From the NCBI GenBank assembly GCA_013335095.1, contig JAAXWF010000003.1, forward strand, positions 5,960-69,959: DNA of 64,000 nucleotides, read 5' to 3'. A model generated the notes under the pieces. That model worked only from the letters and a program-made list of their open reading frames with translations, was not told where the DNA came from and made no database searches. Made by a program: the position numbers and the translations under genes. This document shows, piece after piece, positions 38,022 to 46,571 of this stretch (positions are counted from its first letter, which is position 1; each line of letters starts with the position of its first letter). This stretch comes from a candidate division WWE3 bacterium. Its GTDB lineage: Bacteria; Patescibacteriota; 4484-211; GCA-002791395.

Positions 38022-39665
38022 GTGGATTTAAAAATCGTCGAATTAATTGTCTTCTTTGCCTCATCGATCCTAACTATCACTTTTACGTTTATTGGGATTC
38101 CGAATCGTAATCTCCAGCAATTTATCGTCATTCTGATGGTTGTTCTATTATTTTTATTTAAAAAGATACTTTCGGGAGATACTGTCCTGACTCGTAAACC
38201 CAAATTATACGGTGCGGTTTTATTTATTTGTTCATTATTTGTTCAGCTATTAATTTTCTCTACCGGAGGGTTTTATAGTCCCTTCTTAATCGTTATTCAC
38301 TTATTTACACTAGGAGTTGGTTTCTTGATGTCCCTACGATCTTCAATGATTTTTCTACTGTTAACTATGACAATATTGGTAGGCCAATTGAGACTGGATC
38401 CTATTATTAAGTCGTTATTTGATAGCGATCCTTGGTCTGTCGTACTCTACTTCTTGTCGTTCGTCGCAATTATTCCTTTGTCACAGTTGCTGGTTCGTAA
38501 ATATCACCTAAAAGAGAAAATTACAGAATTTTTAAGTCAGCAGATTCAATTAAGTGAGATGAGAGAAGAGTCAATTATGCAGGGCTTAAGTGATCTTGTT
38601 ATCGTTGTTAACCGTGATCTAAAAATAATCTCGGTGAATGAATCTGTTCGACGACTATTAGATTTAACAAACGCTCAAATAATTTTCCATCCGCTTTTAG
38701 ACGTAATTACTTTGGAGAGTCAAAGTGGGGAAGTGGTAAATAAGGAATCGCTTTCTGTTGACAAAATTTTAAACGATAAATCGGCACGTATGGTCGATGG
38801 CCTGTACCTTAAGCCAAAAGTTGATGCAAAGGTAATACCAATAACAATTCAAATGCGACCAATCGTTAACTTGAATGGTCAAGTAGAACAGGTCGTATGT
38901 GTATTAAATGAAGCCAAGGAGGATGCCATTGATGAAGAACATATCCGCCAGTTGTCAAAAGCAAAAACTGAATATGAAGAACGCTTAGCTCAATTTAAAC
39001 AAACCCTTCAAGAAAAAGGGTTATCTGAATTAAATCGTCAACTTGAAGTAATACATAAAACTGAAGAAGATTTATTAACGTCTCTAGAGCTCGATGAAGG
39101 CGCTATCCATCCAAGAATGACTTTAGTTAATTTGGTCGGGCTTATCCGAAAAGTTGTCGTGATGCAAAGTGATTATTCTTTAGGTTTTGGAGTTCGTATA
39201 AATGCATTATTGCCACAAAATGATTTAACTATGCCTGCAGATGGCGTCACTAATCCCAAAGGAAGTACCGTGCCCTATCTTGTTCATCCCGAAGCAGAAT
39301 TAACTATTCCTGCTGACGCCGATTGGTTATCATTATTGTTAGTAAAATTATTAGATATATCTATATTGCTAAGTTCGGGCACCGTTGATCGAACAGTCAA
39401 TGTTCAATTGCTCCCGCTTGAATCCTCGTTGACGATACGAATCTTAACTTCTTTCAGGGCGTTGTCAGAAGAAGAAAAGAAGAGCTTGTTTAATATGTAT
39501 TATGGTGCGTTAGCCAAACAGACTAATCTTACTTATGGGAGTGGGCTCGAAGGGTATTTAGTAAAAACAATTTCCCGTCAATTAAGTATACAGGTGGAAC
39601 CAGAACAAGATAACGATACTGGATATTTAGTATTTCGAATAAATTTTAAACGTAGTATTAAATAA
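38022..39665 (+). CDS. membrane sensor histidine kinase (orphan; PAS-like plus HATPase_c)
   Basis: About 5 N-terminal TM helices, a PAS-like segment (DLVIVVNRDLKIISVNESVRRLLD), an H-containing dimerisation helix (EEHIRQLSKAKTEYEERL) and a C-terminal G2-box-like GSGLEGYLVKTISRQL. No response regulator adjacent. Confidence 0.5.
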   Translation: MDLKIVELIVFFASSILTITFTFIGIPNRNLQQFIVILMVVLLFLFKKILSGDTVLTRKPKLYGAVLFICSLFVQLLIFSTGGFYSPFLIVIHLFTLGVGFLMSLRSSMIFLLLTMTILVGQLRLDPIIKSLFDSDPWSVVLYFLSFVAIIPLSQLLVRKYHLKEKITEFLSQQIQLSEMREESIMQGLSDLVIVVNRDLKIISVNESVRRLLDLTNAQIIFHPLLDVITLESQSGEVVNKESLSVDKILNDKSARMVDGLYLKPKVDAKVIPITIQMRPIVNLNGQVEQVVCVLNEAKEDAIDEEHIRQLSKAKTEYEERLAQFKQTLQEKGLSELNRQLEVIHKTEEDLLTSLELDEGAIHPRMTLVNLVGLIRKVVVMQSDYSLGFGVRINALLPQNDLTMPADGVTNPKGSTVPYLVHPEAELTIPADADWLSLLLVKLLDISILLSSGTVDRTVNVQLLPLESSLTIRILTSFRALSEEEKKSLFNMYYGALAKQTNLTYGSGLEGYLVKTISRQLSIQVEPEQDNDTGYLVFRINFKRSIK

Positions 39666-39669
39666 CCAT

Positions 39670-40269
39670 ATGAAATATGTTCTAGTCGTGGGTCTTTCTT
39701 TTTATTTAATTATATTTCCATCTGTTTCTAGAGCAGAGGTGCGTGGTCGTATTTTTTCGGTTCCAATTTCATTTAGCTCTAATGAGTCGGTGACTGCAGT
39801 TGATTATATTGTTGATGTTAAAGGGGGGGAGGTTATCTCATTCAATTGTGGTTCTATCGAATTCACGAAGCTGATCCAGCAAGAAAATCGTTGCGTTTCT
39901 TTTAATCCACATGGTTCACGGTCCTCGACCATTGGTACTGTAAAAGTTCGAAGCGAGTCTGACGCAGCAGAACTTGTGGTTAACGTAACTGGCATGATGA
40001 GTAATGCTTTCGGTACAGAACCAACGTTGCGAGTATTTAACGGTGGTCGTTTTCCTATTACCGATCAAGAAGTTACGCATAGGATGGGTGATTTAAATGG
40101 CGATTCTCAAATAACTATTCACGATTTCGGTATATTTGCTGGTTATTATGCCAAGCGTGATATAGATAATGATTCTGCTGTCGAATTGCAGATTGCTGAT
40201 CTCGATAATAACGGTATTATATCGATCTTTGATCTGGGCAGGTTAGTTGAATTATTTCGTTCACGCTAG
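39670..40269 (+). CDS. secreted protein: signal peptide, conserved ~95-aa two-Cys module, dockerin (type-I-like, two Ca-binding repeats)
   Basis: Signal peptide MKYVLVVGLSFYLIIFPSVSRA. Module VPISFSSNESVTAVDYIVDVKGGEVISFNCGS...CVSFNPHG. Dockerin repeats GDLNGDSQITIHDFGIFAGYY and ADLDNNGIISIFDLGRLVELF. Confidence 0.7.
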   Translation: MKYVLVVGLSFYLIIFPSVSRAEVRGRIFSVPISFSSNESVTAVDYIVDVKGGEVISFNCGSIEFTKLIQQENRCVSFNPHGSRSSTIGTVKVRSESDAAELVVNVTGMMSNAFGTEPTLRVFNGGRFPITDQEVTHRMGDLNGDSQITIHDFGIFAGYYAKRDIDNDSAVELQIADLDNNGIISIFDLGRLVELFRSR

Positions 40270-40334
40270 TGTCTTAATATTCATAAAATGATTTATTGAC
40301 TCACTAATTTCAAAATGTTACGATGAACTAAGTT

Positions 40335-40892
40335 ATGCAAAGAAAGATTAAAAATAACTCAGTATTATTCGCAACCATAAGCCTTCTATCAACTGTTTTT
40401 TATATTAATTCGGCAAATCTCGTACATGCACAAGATACAGTAGATGTTCCAATCGTATTTGAATCATCTGATCCTATTACTGCTGCTGATTTTAGTGTCG
40501 AAGTTAACGGTGGTACATTAATTTCACTAAAATGTGGTGGCGATCATTTCCAATCAATTGATACAAGCATGCAGAATAAGTGTATTGTATTTAATCCATC
40601 AGGTGCGACGAGTGGTACGCTTGGTACAGCTACTGTTAGAAGTACGAATGGCGGAAAAGCAACCGTAACCCCTAGTGGAACGTTTAGTACAGCCGAAGGC
40701 GTTGAACCATCTCACTCAACGATCCGCGGAACAGACACTGCAAATGTTAATACAAATACCAATACTCAAGATCCAGTACGCGACAGTCAAGCGATTTATA
40801 TGTTCATCGTAGTTGCGTTAGTATTGGTGGTTTTAGCCATCGTGGCTGCTTACTTCTTTTTGCACAAAAAGGAATCTTCATCGACTCTGTAA
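40335..40892 (+). CDS. secreted protein: signal peptide, conserved two-Cys module, N/T-rich linker, C-terminal TM anchor
   Basis: Module VPIVFESSDPITAADFSVEVNGGTLISLKCGGDHF...CIVFNPSGATSGTLGTATV. C-terminus IYMFIVVALVLVVLAIVAAYFFLHKKE. Confidence 0.7.
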   Translation: MQRKIKNNSVLFATISLLSTVFYINSANLVHAQDTVDVPIVFESSDPITAADFSVEVNGGTLISLKCGGDHFQSIDTSMQNKCIVFNPSGATSGTLGTATVRSTNGGKATVTPSGTFSTAEGVEPSHSTIRGTDTANVNTNTNTQDPVRDSQAIYMFIVVALVLVVLAIVAAYFFLHKKESSSTL

Positions 40893-40912
40893 TTGATAAA
40901 AGCGGTCACGAA

Positions 40913-41593
40913 ATGTTTATCAATATACGTATGTCTAAAAAAAAATTATCATTTGTAGTTGTACTTGTTTTAATCTTCTTTGCTTTTATCGAAGTTAAGC
41001 ATTCAATGGCTGAATCAATTGGTGATACCTTTAATTCAACCATTACCTTTTCTGCAAGTGAAAATGTTACTGCGGCAGATTTTACGGTTACTGTCTCTGG
41101 CGGGACTCTAAACAGTCTTACGTGTGGCGGCTCTGGATTTTCTAATTTAGCGAGTAGCGGAAATAATTGTGTGGTATTTAATCCAATTGGTGCTACTAGC
41201 GGCACTCTCGCAACCGTGAATATAACCGCTACAATGGAAGGTACATTAACTGTCGTCGTCACCGGAACCCTAAGTACCTCAGGCGGCAGCCCTCCAACAA
41301 CCGGACAATTAATAGGTGAATCCTTTACCATAACTGCTTCAACCATTACGCCTACAGCGACGCCGAGCCCAACAGTTATGCCATCTGTAACAACGGCATT
41401 AACACTGACTCCATCTGCTACAGCGACACCCACAACTACGATTAGTGATGCTCCAACCGTAATGCCTACGCCGACATTGAGCGGTATTACCCGTAATTTG
41501 CCCGTTACCGGAACTTCGAGCGTAACTTCCTTATTAATCGTAATTATTACATCTGCTTTATCAATCGGGTATTTGCTGTTAAAACAAGCGTAA
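40913..41593 (+). CDS. surface protein: signal peptide, conserved two-Cys module, T/P linker, LPVTG sortase sorting signal
   Basis: Module ITFSASENVTAADFTVTVSGGTLNSLTCGGSGF...CVVFNPIGATSGTLATV. TPTATPSPT linker. LPVTG at nt 41498-41512, followed by a hydrophobic tail ending KQA. Alternative start ATG 40931. Confidence 0.7.
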   Translation: MFINIRMSKKKLSFVVVLVLIFFAFIEVKHSMAESIGDTFNSTITFSASENVTAADFTVTVSGGTLNSLTCGGSGFSNLASSGNNCVVFNPIGATSGTLATVNITATMEGTLTVVVTGTLSTSGGSPPTTGQLIGESFTITASTITPTATPSPTVMPSVTTALTLTPSATATPTTTISDAPTVMPTPTLSGITRNLPVTGTSSVTSLLIVIITSALSIGYLLLKQA

Positions 41594-41600
41594 ATTCCTA

Positions 41601-43061
41601 TTGACAATCAATAGTCAAAACAGATATTGTATTTACATCAGTATGAAAACGAGTTCACCTTCTGCACATAGAAATAATGAAAATTGGTCTGGACTTGTTA
41701 AAAAAGAACATCAAATCTTAAGTGTAATTATTGCTTCTACTGGTGGATTATTAGTACTGTTCTTTCTAGTAGCGTTTACTTTCCCCCTGCGTTCCAAATT
41801 ATTAGAATCTCTCTATCCAAAACAAAATAGTGAGGCATTTAGTGATGTCGTTGTTTTAGGTAATACCGTCGTTAGCGTTCCAATTGAACTTCAGGCGACT
41901 GAAAATGTAACTGCAATTGATGTTGATGTTAGTGTTGCTGGAGGAACTCTTGAAGGATTGACTTGTGGGGGTGCTAGTTTTGAAAATACATCAAAAAGCA
42001 CTTCAAGCAAGTGTGTTATTTTTAGCCCGTCGGGTGCTCAAAATGGTGTTGTAGCAATGGCTTTAGTAAAGTCAGGAACTAGTGGTACTCTTGCCGTGAA
42101 TGTTGACGGAAATCTCAGTACTGCTGATGGGAATGCCCCTACTCAAGGAAATGTGTATGGAGTCGTATTTAGAATAGTACAATCATTAACAACGACGGAT
42201 AAATTATATGTACCTGTTTCATTTAATGCGAGCGAAGCTGTGACAGCCGCAGATTACACCTTGTCAATTACAGGTGGCGAGTTGCTTCAGACCTCTTGTG
42301 GTGGAAGTGGATTCCGTGAGATCCTTCATAACAATAATAATTGTGTTGTGTTCAATGTGAACGGTGTAACTCAAGGAGTTATCGGATCTGCCGTTGTCAG
42401 ACCTACGACAACTTCTACATCTTTGAGTGTGAATATAACTGGTACTTTAAGTACTGAAAGTGGTCGAGCTCCTTCAACTGGTACATTCAATAATTTAACG
42501 ATACCAGTAAATCGTGCAGCTAGTGCTACGCCGACAAACATGCCCTCGCCGACTGTCACGGTTACTCCATCGCCAACGGTTGTACCAACAGCTACAACCG
42601 CACCGACACCATCGACTGCACCCGGAACATTCGGGGTCGGTAATATTACCTCACCAACATACAGCGAAACTGTAGGGGTACAAGGTACAAAAGAAGCTAA
42701 TACCTCAATTTGGCTCAATGGTACACAAATAGTGACTTCCAATACATCGACTACATGGAGTACTAATGTAACTCTTGATCTGGGTACCAATACTCTTGTC
42801 TTTTCACAGCATGCTGGTGGCGGCACTAATCGGGATTTAACACAGACTGTTGATCGACGTGGTCTTGGGGATATCAATGGCGATGAAGTTGTAAATGTCT
42901 TTGATGTCGGAATCTTTGCTGGACATTATAATGAGACAAACGTAACCGACAACAGTGTCTCAGAAGCACGACTTAGCGATATGCGAAAAAATGGAGTCAT
43001 AGATGTCTTTGATCTCGGAATCCTCGCAGGTAGATACGGAAGCCAATACACATATAATTAA
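41601..43061 (+). CDS. secreted protein: two tandem copies of the two-Cys module, T/P linker, Ig-like N-x-T-rich domain, C-terminal dockerin
   Basis: Modules at about nt 41871-42190 and 42207-42486 (VPIELQATENVTAIDVDVSVAGGTLEGLTCGG...CVIFSPSG; VPVSFNASEAVTAADYTLSITGGELLQTSCGGSGF...CVVFNVNG). Dockerin repeats GDINGDEVVNVFDVGIFAGHY and SDMRKNGVIDVFDLGILAGRYG. Confidence 0.7.
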   Translation: MTINSQNRYCIYISMKTSSPSAHRNNENWSGLVKKEHQILSVIIASTGGLLVLFFLVAFTFPLRSKLLESLYPKQNSEAFSDVVVLGNTVVSVPIELQATENVTAIDVDVSVAGGTLEGLTCGGASFENTSKSTSSKCVIFSPSGAQNGVVAMALVKSGTSGTLAVNVDGNLSTADGNAPTQGNVYGVVFRIVQSLTTTDKLYVPVSFNASEAVTAADYTLSITGGELLQTSCGGSGFREILHNNNNCVVFNVNGVTQGVIGSAVVRPTTTSTSLSVNITGTLSTESGRAPSTGTFNNLTIPVNRAASATPTNMPSPTVTVTPSPTVVPTATTAPTPSTAPGTFGVGNITSPTYSETVGVQGTKEANTSIWLNGTQIVTSNTSTTWSTNVTLDLGTNTLVFSQHAGGGTNRDLTQTVDRRGLGDINGDEVVNVFDVGIFAGHYNETNVTDNSVSEARLSDMRKNGVIDVFDLGILAGRYGSQYTYN

Positions 43062-43072
43062 TACGACTTAAA

Positions 43073-43711
43073 ATGTCTAATCTTTATCAACGTTTTTTCA
43101 TCGAACAAAATGTTATTACAAAATTAGGAATCTTTTATTTCACAAGCGCTGTTCTATCGTTTACGTATATTTCACTCACGTTTCCATTTTTTAACAATCA
43201 AAATAGTTCTCTTTATAAAAAATCACAAGCATCCGCAAATCAAGCACCGGCTGTAGTCGTTGTCCCAAGTTCAAGTCATGAATATAACAGTGATCATTCA
43301 ATATTTACCGTAGTCATTCCATATTCATTTAGTTATTCTGAATCAGTTAACATATATGGAACTGTATCAGAAGGGTATAGTCTCTCTATAAACAATAACA
43401 AAATTGATCCATATGAAGATCAAAGATGGGATTCCCAGGTAATATTGTATGGTCGCGATAACGTTATTACTATCACTGCATTTGATAATTTGGGGAACGA
43501 AGTTGAAGCATTAAATGTGCCTATTCAAAAGAGAACGAAGTGTGATATAAATGAAGATGAAGCGGTGGATAGATCCGACATTGAGCTAATTAACGGTATT
43601 GTTTCAGGATTAATCACACCAGTTATTAGCCAATTAGAAAGTGCTGATTGTAATCAAGATGGTATCGTAAATAGTAGCGATATATCGATTGTAACCAGTT
43701 TAGCGAATTAA
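43073..43711 (+). CDS. membrane-anchored protein with a unique middle domain and a C-terminal dockerin-like module
   Basis: N-terminal hydrophobic segment LGIFYFTSAVLSFTYISLTF. Dockerin-like repeats KCDINEDEAVDRSDIELINGIVSG and ADCNQDGIVNSSDISIVTSLA. Lacks the two-Cys module. Confidence 0.6.
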   Translation: MSNLYQRFFIEQNVITKLGIFYFTSAVLSFTYISLTFPFFNNQNSSLYKKSQASANQAPAVVVVPSSSHEYNSDHSIFTVVIPYSFSYSESVNIYGTVSEGYSLSINNNKIDPYEDQRWDSQVILYGRDNVITITAFDNLGNEVEALNVPIQKRTKCDINEDEAVDRSDIELINGIVSGLITPVISQLESADCNQDGIVNSSDISIVTSLAN

Positions 43712-43713
43712 TT

Positions 43714-44298
43714 ATGAGAAATACTGCCTTATTAAGTTCTTTTGTAGCTTTATTTTTAACAACTGCGTTATTAGTACCATCAGTTACCCAGGCTGAAACC
43801 GTCGGGAGTACTATTTCTGTTCCAATTACATTTACTGCGTCTGATGCTGTTACTGCTGCTGACTTTACCGTTAGTGTAACAAATGGTCAGCTGCAAGAGA
43901 TCAGTTGTGGCGGTAGCGGTTTCAGTAGCTTGAGTAGTAATGGCTCTCAGTGTGTTGTATTTAATCCCTCTGGTGCAACAAGCGGAACACTCGCAACAGT
44001 TACAGTGTTAGCTAACACTGCAGGCACACTAACTGTTAGTGCTGTTGGAACCTTAAGTACAGCAGGTGGGGTTGCCCCAACTACTGGACAGATTAATGGT
44101 TCGACCTATACTATTACGGGAAGCGGTGGTGCAACTGCTACTTCTACACCAGCTCCATCCGCCTCAACTTCTCGAACACCCACTCCGACTGCAATTGGTG
44201 CGTTACCAAGTAGCGGTGCTGTTGATGCGACCTTAATATACTCTCTTATTATCGCTTCTCTACTGGGTAGTGGCTTTTGGTTATTCCGTAAACTTTAG
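43714..44298 (+). CDS. surface protein: signal peptide, conserved two-Cys module, linker, LPSSG-type sorting signal with hydrophobic domain and RKL tail
   Basis: Module VPITFTASDAVTAADFTVSVTNGQLQEISCGGSGFSSLSSNGSQCVVFNPSGATSGTLATVTV. LPSSG at nt 44203-44217, then a hydrophobic stretch, then RKL. Confidence 0.7.
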   Translation: MRNTALLSSFVALFLTTALLVPSVTQAETVGSTISVPITFTASDAVTAADFTVSVTNGQLQEISCGGSGFSSLSSNGSQCVVFNPSGATSGTLATVTVLANTAGTLTVSAVGTLSTAGGVAPTTGQINGSTYTITGSGGATATSTPAPSASTSRTPTPTAIGALPSSGAVDATLIYSLIIASLLGSGFWLFRKL

Positions 44299-44342
44299 TA
44301 TTACTATTTATTGAAAATGCGGATGATAAAAAATAAAACAAA

Positions 44343-45356
44343 TTATGCTACAACTTCGTGTAGTTCTTGATTCTCTTGTGTTTGTTTTTCTTCTTTTCCA
44401 CTAAATACTTCACCGTTATTACTCACAATATCGATCTTGTAGCCAGTTAATTTTGATGCTAGTCTTACGTTTTGACCTTCCTTACCTATAGCTAACGACA
44501 GCTGATCATCAGGTACTTCAACCTGGGCTGCTCTTTTTTCGTCGTCAATTATTACATCACTAACATGTGCTGGTGATAGGGCATTAATTATAAACTTAGT
44601 TACGACGTCACTCCACAAGATAATGTCCATTTTTTCACCATTTAATTCATTGGTGACTGCCTGTACTCGTACACCACGTTGTCCGACCATTGATCCTACC
44701 GGATCAACCCCATCTTGCACACTCATCACGGCGATTTTAGTTCGGCTACCTGGTTCTCGTGCAATATTTTTAATCACAACTGCCTTGCTTTGAATTTCTG
44801 GTACTTCTAGTTCAAATAATGCGCGTACAAGATCTGCATCCGAACGAGATACGATAATATCGTGATGATTTTCTCGTTCAACGATTTTTTTAACATATAC
44901 TTTAAGCCTTTGATTATTTTGATAGCTTTCAGCAAAAACTTGTTCTTCGCGAGGCATCACGGCAATCGTTCGTCCGACATCTACTAACCAACTACCGCGT
45001 TCAAAACGTTGCAACATACCTGGTACGACCCGTCCTATTTTTTCTTGAAATTCTTCAAGAGCAGCATTTTTTTCTGCTTCTCGTACACCTTGAAGGATCA
45101 CTTGTTTGGCTGTCTGGGCTGCAATACGACCAAATCCAGGAGGAGTAATATCATCTCCATCTTTTGATAATGCGACTTCACCGGATTCTGGATCAATCGT
45201 TACGGTTACGCTTTCAACCTCTTCGTCTGCTAATGGATAATCTTTGCGATATGCGGCAATCATAGCCTTTTCTAAAGTTGACATTATATCTTCAGGTTTT
45301 ATCCCCCGTTCACTTGCTATTTGGCGAATGGCCGCCATAAATTCTGATTTAATCAT
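44343..45356 (-). CDS. nusA: transcription termination/antitermination factor NusA
   Basis: N-terminal NusA domain, S1 and tandem KH regions. 337 aa, so the short form without the acidic repeat. Confidence 0.85.
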   Translation of the reverse strand: MIKSEFMAAIRQIASERGIKPEDIMSTLEKAMIAAYRKDYPLADEEVESVTVTIDPESGEVALSKDGDDITPPGFGRIAAQTAKQVILQGVREAEKNAALEEFQEKIGRVVPGMLQRFERGSWLVDVGRTIAVMPREEQVFAESYQNNQRLKVYVKKIVERENHHDIIVSRSDADLVRALFELEVPEIQSKAVVIKNIAREPGSRTKIAVMSVQDGVDPVGSMVGQRGVRVQAVTNELNGEKMDIILWSDVVTKFIINALSPAHVSDVIIDDEKRAAQVEVPDDQLSLAIGKEGQNVRLASKLTGYKIDIVSNNGEVFSGKEEKQTQENQELHEVVA

Positions 45357-45426
45357 AAACGAATTATATCATCCTAACGCTTAAGTTGTCGATCCTGTCT
45401 ATAGGGTAGGGAATGAGTGCGCTAAA

Positions 45427-46560
45427 TTATCCAAATAGAGTATCAAAAATATGCTTTGGTTTACTCGCCGATTCGGATAATTGTTGATAGAGTTCCTTCT
45501 CTTTTTTTGATAATTTGGTTGGTATTTCTACCTTTACAGTGACTATCTGGTCACCTTTTTGTTGTGATTTTTGTAAATTCAGGGTTCCTTGTCCCTTTAT
45601 TTTGAATTCATTTCCAGATTGTGTTCCGGCCGGTATGGTTAAGTCGTGTTCTCCGTAAATCGTTGGTATTTTAATAGTATCACCTAATACTAATTGTGGT
45701 ATTGATACCGGTAGTACCAACAGTATGTCGGCATCTTTTCGAGTAAATATTTTATGTGGCTCAACCTTAAATAATAAGTATAAATCACCCGCAGGACTCT
45801 GGTTTTCACCGATGTTACCTTTATTTTTGAACCGCATTTTAACGCCTGTATCGACTCCCGCTGGAATATTGATTGTTAATTTCTCTTCCTGATTCCTACG
45901 GCCAGTACCCCGGCATTGTGGACATGGATCTACTACTATTTTCCCTTTACCTCTACATGTCGGACAGGGAACTACTTGAGCAAACTGTGCCCCAAGAAAT
46001 GACTGTTTGACCTGGACACGCCCATTGCCTCTACACTGTTCACATGTTTTCATTCCTGCCTTTTTCTTTTTACTGCCTGTTCCATCGCAGGTCTCGCATG
46101 CTTGCTGTCTTTGATAGCTTATGGTCTTTTCTGCCCCTAAAACAGCTTCTTCGAATGAGATTTTATATACCATCTCTAAATCTTCACCCGATGGTTGAGC
46201 CGTACCTTGGCTTGATCGACTACCACCAAAAAACTGCTCAAATATGTCAAAAGGATCTTGAAAACCGCCAAATATATCTTCAAAGTTACTGTTATATCCT
46301 GCATTACCGTATGGGTTGTAACCACCTTGCCGTGCTTGCTCAAATCCTTGGTGGCCGAGTCGATCATAGGCCGCTTTCTTTTCGGCGTTAGAGAGTACCT
46401 GATACGCTTGAGATATTTCTTTGAATTTATCTTGACTCTGAGGATCTTTATTTACATCTGGATGGTATTTTTTGGCAAGTTTTTTATATGCAGATTTGAT
46501 ATCCGCTTCACTTGCCTGCTGATTAACTCCGAGGATATCGTAATAATTTTGTGAAGCCAT
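45427..46560 (-). CDS. dnaJ: chaperone DnaJ
   Basis: J-domain with HPD (YHPDVN), a G/F-rich region and four CxxCxGxG zinc-finger repeats. Confidence 0.9.
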   Translation of the reverse strand: MASQNYYDILGVNQQASEADIKSAYKKLAKKYHPDVNKDPQSQDKFKEISQAYQVLSNAEKKAAYDRLGHQGFEQARQGGYNPYGNAGYNSNFEDIFGGFQDPFDIFEQFFGGSRSSQGTAQPSGEDLEMVYKISFEEAVLGAEKTISYQRQQACETCDGTGSKKKKAGMKTCEQCRGNGRVQVKQSFLGAQFAQVVPCPTCRGKGKIVVDPCPQCRGTGRRNQEEKLTINIPAGVDTGVKMRFKNKGNIGENQSPAGDLYLLFKVEPHKIFTRKDADILLVLPVSIPQLVLGDTIKIPTIYGEHDLTIPAGTQSGNEFKIKGQGTLNLQKSQQKGDQIVTVKVEIPTKLSKKEKELYQQLSESASKPKHIFDTLFG

Positions 46561-46571
46561 TGGTCATTGGA

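Noticed and set aside
40906-41607. Minus-strand ORF of 233 aa antisense to the LPVTG surface-protein gene
   Set aside because: It is the mirror frame of a low-complexity coding region. The plus-strand gene has a signal peptide, a conserved paralogous domain and a sorting signal.
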